Below, one piece after another: positions 59,900 through 64,000 of a stretch of 64,000 nt of DNA. Position 1 is the stretch's first letter; every line of letters begins with the position of its first letter. Origin of the DNA: Kiritimatiellia bacterium (GTDB taxonomy: Bacteria; Verrucomicrobiota; Kiritimatiellia; RFP12; UBA1067); NCBI GenBank assembly GCA_051884875.1, contig JBJEWD010000056.1, forward strand, positions 23,223-87,222, written 5' to 3'. Below the pieces are notes generated by a model. That model saw nothing but the letters and a program-made list of their open reading frames with translations. It ran no database searches and was not told the origin of the DNA. The translations under genes and the position numbers were made by a program.

Positions 59900-60886
59900 C
59901 TATTCGCTCTTCAGTTCGCGCGACATCATCGCCGAAACCGCCTCGCGCGCATCGAAGCCCTCGTGACAGAGCCGGTAGACGAGTTCGCAGATGGGCATTT
60001 CGACGCCGAACCGGGCGGCGATCTCGTGCACCACCCTGGAGTTCCATACGCCTTCGGCGACCATCTGCATCGAGCCGAGGATGTCGGCGATCTTCTCGCC
60101 TTTGCCCAGCCGCTCGCCGACGGAATGGTTGCGCGAATGGACGGAGGTGCAGGTGACGATCAGATCGCCGATTCCGGCCAGCCCCGAAAGCGTCTCAGGC
60201 GCGCCGCCGTAGGCGAGCACGAAACGCTTCATCTCCACCAGCCCGCGGGTGATGAGCGCCGCGCGCGTGTTGTCGCCGAAGCCGAGTCCGTCGGAGCAGC
60301 CGACCGCGATCGCGAGCACGTTCTTGACCGCGCCGCCGATTTCGACGCCGACGGGGTCTTTCGAGGTGTAGACTCTGAACAGCGGACCCGACCAGATCTC
60401 CTGCACGCGCCGGGCCTTCGCTTCGTCGGCGCAGGCCGCGACGATCGCCGTGGGGATCCCCCGCGCCACCTCTTCGGCGTGGGTCGGGCCCGCGAGCGCC
60501 ACGATCGGCCCGCAGCCGAGGATTTCCTCGCCAAGTTCGGTCATGCGCCGGCTGGTCTTCTCGCACAGGCCCTTGGTGATGGAAACGACAAGCATCTCCG
60601 GCGAGATCAGCCCCTTGAAACCCTCCGCGACGCCCGCGAAGAACTTCGACGGCGGCGCCAGCACCGCCACTTCGGCCCCGGTGAGCGCTTCGGCGCGGTC
60701 GGACGTCAGCTTCAGCGCCACAGGCAGTTCCACGCCCTTGAGAAAGCGATCGTTGCGGCGGGTGCGCCGCTGCTGCTCGATGTAGTCCGGGAACGCCCCC
60801 CACAGCGTGACGTCGTGTCCGTAGCCGCAGAGCAGAAGCGCGTTCGCCGTACCCCATCCGCCGTCGCCGATAACTGCAATCTTCAT
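59900..60886 (-). CDS. gpsA: NAD(P)H-dependent glycerol-3-phosphate dehydrogenase
   Basis: GDGGWGTA, TKG, GPTHAEEV, GGAVKNVLAI, GLAGIGDLIVTC..SRN. Confidence 0.96.
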   Translation of the reverse strand: MKIAVIGDGGWGTANALLLCGYGHDVTLWGAFPDYIEQQRRTRRNDRFLKGVELPVALKLTSDRAEALTGAEVAVLAPPSKFFAGVAEGFKGLISPEMLVVSITKGLCEKTSRRMTELGEEILGCGPIVALAGPTHAEEVARGIPTAIVAACADEAKARRVQEIWSGPLFRVYTSKDPVGVEIGGAVKNVLAIAVGCSDGLGFGDNTRAALITRGLVEMKRFVLAYGGAPETLSGLAGIGDLIVTCTSVHSRNHSVGERLGKGEKIADILGSMQMVAEGVWNSRVVHEIAARFGVEMPICELVYRLCHEGFDAREAVSAMMSRELKSE

Positions 60887-60944
60887 GAATATACCAGCTT
60901 TCCAAACACTTATCTCAGCTTTCCTCTACCAATACGGATTCAAT

Positions 60945-61817
60945 CTAGCAAGACAGATCCAACGACAAATCAGAAATATCCTTTAGACGTTTTCCGTCAA
61001 TCAAGGTCTCGAGCATTTCAACGACATCCTGACGATCATTACGTCCAAACTCCCGCACGGACTCAAGCAACTCGTATAAGGCGAAGTGATAGACACAATC
61101 AACGTCTCCGGTGCCAAGAGCGAGAGAGGCTATCCGCGACGGAAGTACTTCTCCTGTGACGACGACAACGTGTGGCAACCTACCTTTGCGGTTCCGGATG
61201 AGATTAAGCGCTTCGGTACGTGAATTCTGAGCTCGATCGCTACGCATCGTCCACTTGACGGAGACCGATGCGTGCAATATGGGCAAACCACCGTTCCTCT
61301 TACGCAAATCCGCCCTGCAACAGACGCTATCATCGATAAAGGCATGACCCTTGTTGATTTCAGTGTCTTCGCAAAGTTCTCTTGAAATGACGATGTCAGG
61401 TGCTATCACATAGCCGTTTCCAACCGCTGCTTTCATTCTTCGGTCGGCATCGATAATCTCCATCAAATGCGCCAAATGCTCGTACTGCGAGAAGGACGAC
61501 GTCTTGGTTTTGCTATGATTACCAAGGTCTTGTATATTCCACTTCCCCGGTCGCAAGTGCTGCAAGAGCGGGAAAGTACGGGAAAGATAAGTGCATATCT
61601 CGCGCTCGAAGAGTTTTCCGGCCTTCTGACCGTCCAACTTCTTTGCAGTCCTGGCACCTAACTTTTTAGCAAGTAACTGTGCGATGGCAACGGATGGTTT
61701 GTTGTCCTTGTCCGCAACAGACGGCAACCCGCTAGGGCTGACGGAAAACACCAGCTTTTTGACCAGTTCGTGATGAAGAGACTTGCGCTCTTCGGCAAAC
61801 AGGATTTTTTTACTCAT
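60945..61817 (-). CDS. NgoMIV-family type II restriction endonuclease
   Basis: PDIVI and LHASVSVKWTMRSDRAQNSRTEALNLIRNRKG, matching the NgoMIV PD..SxK..E signature. Confidence 0.88.
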   Translation of the reverse strand: MSKKILFAEERKSLHHELVKKLVFSVSPSGLPSVADKDNKPSVAIAQLLAKKLGARTAKKLDGQKAGKLFEREICTYLSRTFPLLQHLRPGKWNIQDLGNHSKTKTSSFSQYEHLAHLMEIIDADRRMKAAVGNGYVIAPDIVISRELCEDTEINKGHAFIDDSVCCRADLRKRNGGLPILHASVSVKWTMRSDRAQNSRTEALNLIRNRKGRLPHVVVVTGEVLPSRIASLALGTGDVDCVYHFALYELLESVREFGRNDRQDVVEMLETLIDGKRLKDISDLSLDLSC

Positions 61818-63315
61818 GATTTAGGCACCTCCTAATCTGCAGTCCGACAGCTTGGGCAACCGGCGGCGGGAAAGCGTTTCCTATCATGCGACAAGCCGCC
61901 GTTTTCCGAGAGCCGAAATTCCACTCAGCCGGGAAACCCTGAATGCGCGCAATCATTTCTCGCGTCAATCTCGGAGCACCAACAAAATCGCGATCAGGCG
62001 GTTCGTTGGCTACGCCCAACCCATCAACCCCCAGTTCAGCCCAAGCGCGACGTGCGCGCGTCGGGCCAAGATCAGGTCCGCCATGCTTCTTGCTTCCGCC
62101 GACAATCGTCGGTGCAATGGCATTTGCTTTTTTAACCCAAGACGAAAGTCCAGTCCAACCGCGTGCTCCCATCATCTCGGCCAAGGCGACGCCAACCGAA
62201 GGGGCGGGCGTCAAGGATGCCTGCGGGTAGGCAAATGACGTGTTCTCGTCTTTTCGAATGGCCACGATGACGACCCGTGGCCTAACTTGCGGAACGCCAT
62301 AGTCGCTTGCCTGAAGCAACTTAATCTGCGTGTCGTATCCAAGGCGAGAAATGGAGCGAAGGATGCCCGACCGGTATTTCTCGAACTTAGGGTCAAGAAA
62401 ACCTCGTACATTTTCCAGCATGATGGCACGCGGCCGCATTTCCGCGATCAGTCGAATCGCCTGGGGAAACAGGTCTCGCTCGTCATTCTCGCCTAATTGT
62501 TTCGACGCAACCGAAAACGGCGGGCATGGGACACCGCCGGCCAACAGGTCTATTCCTTGATACGGCGCACCATCAAATTCGTGAACATCACCGCAAATGA
62601 CATTCCACTCCGGTTTATTCCTGCGCAACACCGCACAATACTCGCTTTCGTACTCGACAAGGGCCACATGACGAAATCCAGCACGGTCAAGTCCGATAGC
62701 CTGGCCGCCGGCACCGGCACAGATCTCAACGCAAGTCAACTCTCCATTGGCTTTTGATCTCCGAATCTGTTCCCGTGCGATGCATGCGCCGTAATCAAAG
62801 GAGAATGTTGACGAAAAGAAATCATCGCGTACGGGGTCGAATGTGGTGGCGCTCTTCCATTTACGGAAATATGGCTTTAGGCAGTCAAACACGAACGGCA
62901 TTGACGCACCACCCGTAACCGGATAGGGCCTTGTGAAGAAATCCGCGTCAATCTTCACTTTCGGGCATCGCGCGGAACTGACATACACCTCAGCCGTCTT
63001 CATCCCCAACATTCTAGCCGGGGTCGAGGCCGCATCGAGTTTATACAACGCATAAGAATCGCCGTGTGGCGTCGCGGACGCTCGGTAGCCCGTTGCGCTC
63101 AGTTCCGCTACGGTGATATCACGCAGGAAGTGTGCCGTACAGGCGTAGCCGGGCCTTCCTTCGGCAAAAAGGACAATGCCGCAGATCTGCTCGTGGAACG
63201 CCAATCTGCCGCATTTCGGAAGCGGCAGGTTGAAGAGTTTCCGATCGCGAATCCAATTCTCGTTTTCAGGGCGGTATGTCCCGACGAGAATGATATTGCG
63301 GCGCGTTCTTCTCAT
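61810..63315 (-). CDS. C5-cytosine DNA methyltransferase (M.NgoMIV-like) with extra N-terminal domain
   Basis: EICAGAGG, GGVPCPPFS, LENVRG, YGVPQ.R.R, GGSKKHGGPDLGPTR, IGNAFPPPVA; the ATG at 63315 overlaps the ribBA stop. Confidence 0.9.
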   Translation of the reverse strand: MRRTRRNIILVGTYRPENENWIRDRKLFNLPLPKCGRLAFHEQICGIVLFAEGRPGYACTAHFLRDITVAELSATGYRASATPHGDSYALYKLDAASTPARMLGMKTAEVYVSSARCPKVKIDADFFTRPYPVTGGASMPFVFDCLKPYFRKWKSATTFDPVRDDFFSSTFSFDYGACIAREQIRRSKANGELTCVEICAGAGGQAIGLDRAGFRHVALVEYESEYCAVLRRNKPEWNVICGDVHEFDGAPYQGIDLLAGGVPCPPFSVASKQLGENDERDLFPQAIRLIAEMRPRAIMLENVRGFLDPKFEKYRSGILRSISRLGYDTQIKLLQASDYGVPQVRPRVVIVAIRKDENTSFAYPQASLTPAPSVGVALAEMMGARGWTGLSSWVKKANAIAPTIVGGSKKHGGPDLGPTRARRAWAELGVDGLGVANEPPDRDFVGAPRLTREMIARIQGFPAEWNFGSRKTAACRMIGNAFPPPVAQAVGLQIRRCLNHE

Positions 63316-64000
63316 ATCAGGTGGCCCATTTTGCTTTTCTTGGTGTCGAGATAGCGCCGGTCGTGACGGTTCGGCGGAATGACGATCGGCACGCGTTCGA
63401 CGATTTCCAGTCCGTAGCCCTCCAGCCCGGCGATCTTGCAGGGATTGTTGGTCATCAGCCGCAGTTTGCGGATGCCCAGATCGACGAGCATCTGCGCGCC
63501 TTCGCCGTAGTCGCGCAGGTCGGGCGCGAAGCCGAGCGCGAGATTCGCCTCGACGGTGTCGAGGCCTTCCTCCTGCTTCTTGTAGGCGTGCAGCTTGTTC
63601 TCCAGGCCGATGCCGCGTCCCTCCTGGCGCATGTAGAGAACCGCTCCGCGGCCCTCCTTCTCGATCATGTCCATCGCGGTGTGCAGCTGCGGACCGCAGT
63701 CGCAGCGCTCGCTCCCGAGCACGTCGCCGGTGAAGCATTCGGAATGGACGCGCACCAGCGCCGGCGCGCCGTCGTCGACCTTGCCCTTCACGAGCGCCAG
63801 GTGTTCGAGGCCGCTGATGCGGCTGCGGTACATCTTGAGCCGAAAGTGCCCGCGCCCCGTCGGCAGATCGACGTCTTCGACGAGTTCCACGAGCCGGTCG
63901 TTCTTGCGCCGGTAGGCGATGAGATCGGCGATGGTCGTCATCTTGAGCGCGTGCTTGCGGGCGAAGGCCACAACATCGTCCATGCGCGCCATGTTGCCGT
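63312..64000 (-). CDS. ribBA: Bifunctional DHBP synthase/GTP cyclohydrolase II, 5'-truncated by the window
   Basis: VRVHSECFTGD..GSERCDCG, QEGRGIGL, TNNP; preceded by the RibB C-terminus (DGNMAR..IADLIAYR). Confidence 0.95.
   Translation of the reverse strand, partial: GNMARMDDVVAFARKHALKMTTIADLIAYRRKNDRLVELVEDVDLPTGRGHFRLKMYRSRISGLEHLALVKGKVDDGAPALVRVHSECFTGDVLGSERCDCGPQLHTAMDMIEKEGRGAVLYMRQEGRGIGLENKLHAYKKQEEGLDTVEANLALGFAPDLRDYGEGAQMLVDLGIRKLRLMTNNPCKIAGLEGYGLEIVERVPIVIPPNRHDRRYLDTKKSKMGHLI

Noticed and set aside
63316-63738. ORF-track extension of the methyltransferase to 642 aa
   Set aside because: It overlaps ribBA in another frame; the real start is ATG 63315.

Overview
High-GC bacterial chromosome segment. 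The gene content and the secreted beta-repeat proteins suggest a gut/rumen PVC-superphylum organism such as Kiritimatiellia (inference). Most of the window is housekeeping genes (mutY, serC, purE, tpiA, miaB, dapB, rarA, nifS-like, gap, rpmB, rpsA, gpsA, ribBA, tRNA-Val), glycan enzymes (GH5, heparinase II/III-like, a GH35-CBM32-GH20 fusion, a double SGNH esterase, fucI/fucP), a five-gene polyamine operon and an NgoMIV-like restriction-modification pair. A near-consensus dif site at 40345-40372 lies close to where gene orientation switches, so the window probably contains the replication terminus. The most interesting part is an AT-richer island of about 5 kb between mutY and serC (about 10.58-15.57 kb). 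It carries (i) an unassigned, highly structured RNA of about 270 nt with its own promoter, three GNRA-capped hairpins and a terminator/antiterminator alternative, directly upstream of (ii) a multi-Zn-ribbon/YbjQ-like/Zc3h12a-type PIN RNase; (iii) small RHH-like genes, one of them inside a 224-bp direct repeat; and, between those repeats, (iv) a minimal RiPP cassette made of an unannotated 36-aa precursor (MIELEWTENVPMQAGYSYIGAAMRDCSCGNGDIYWD) and an RRE-radical SAM/SPASM enzyme. All calls come from reading the sequence by eye; no searches were run.
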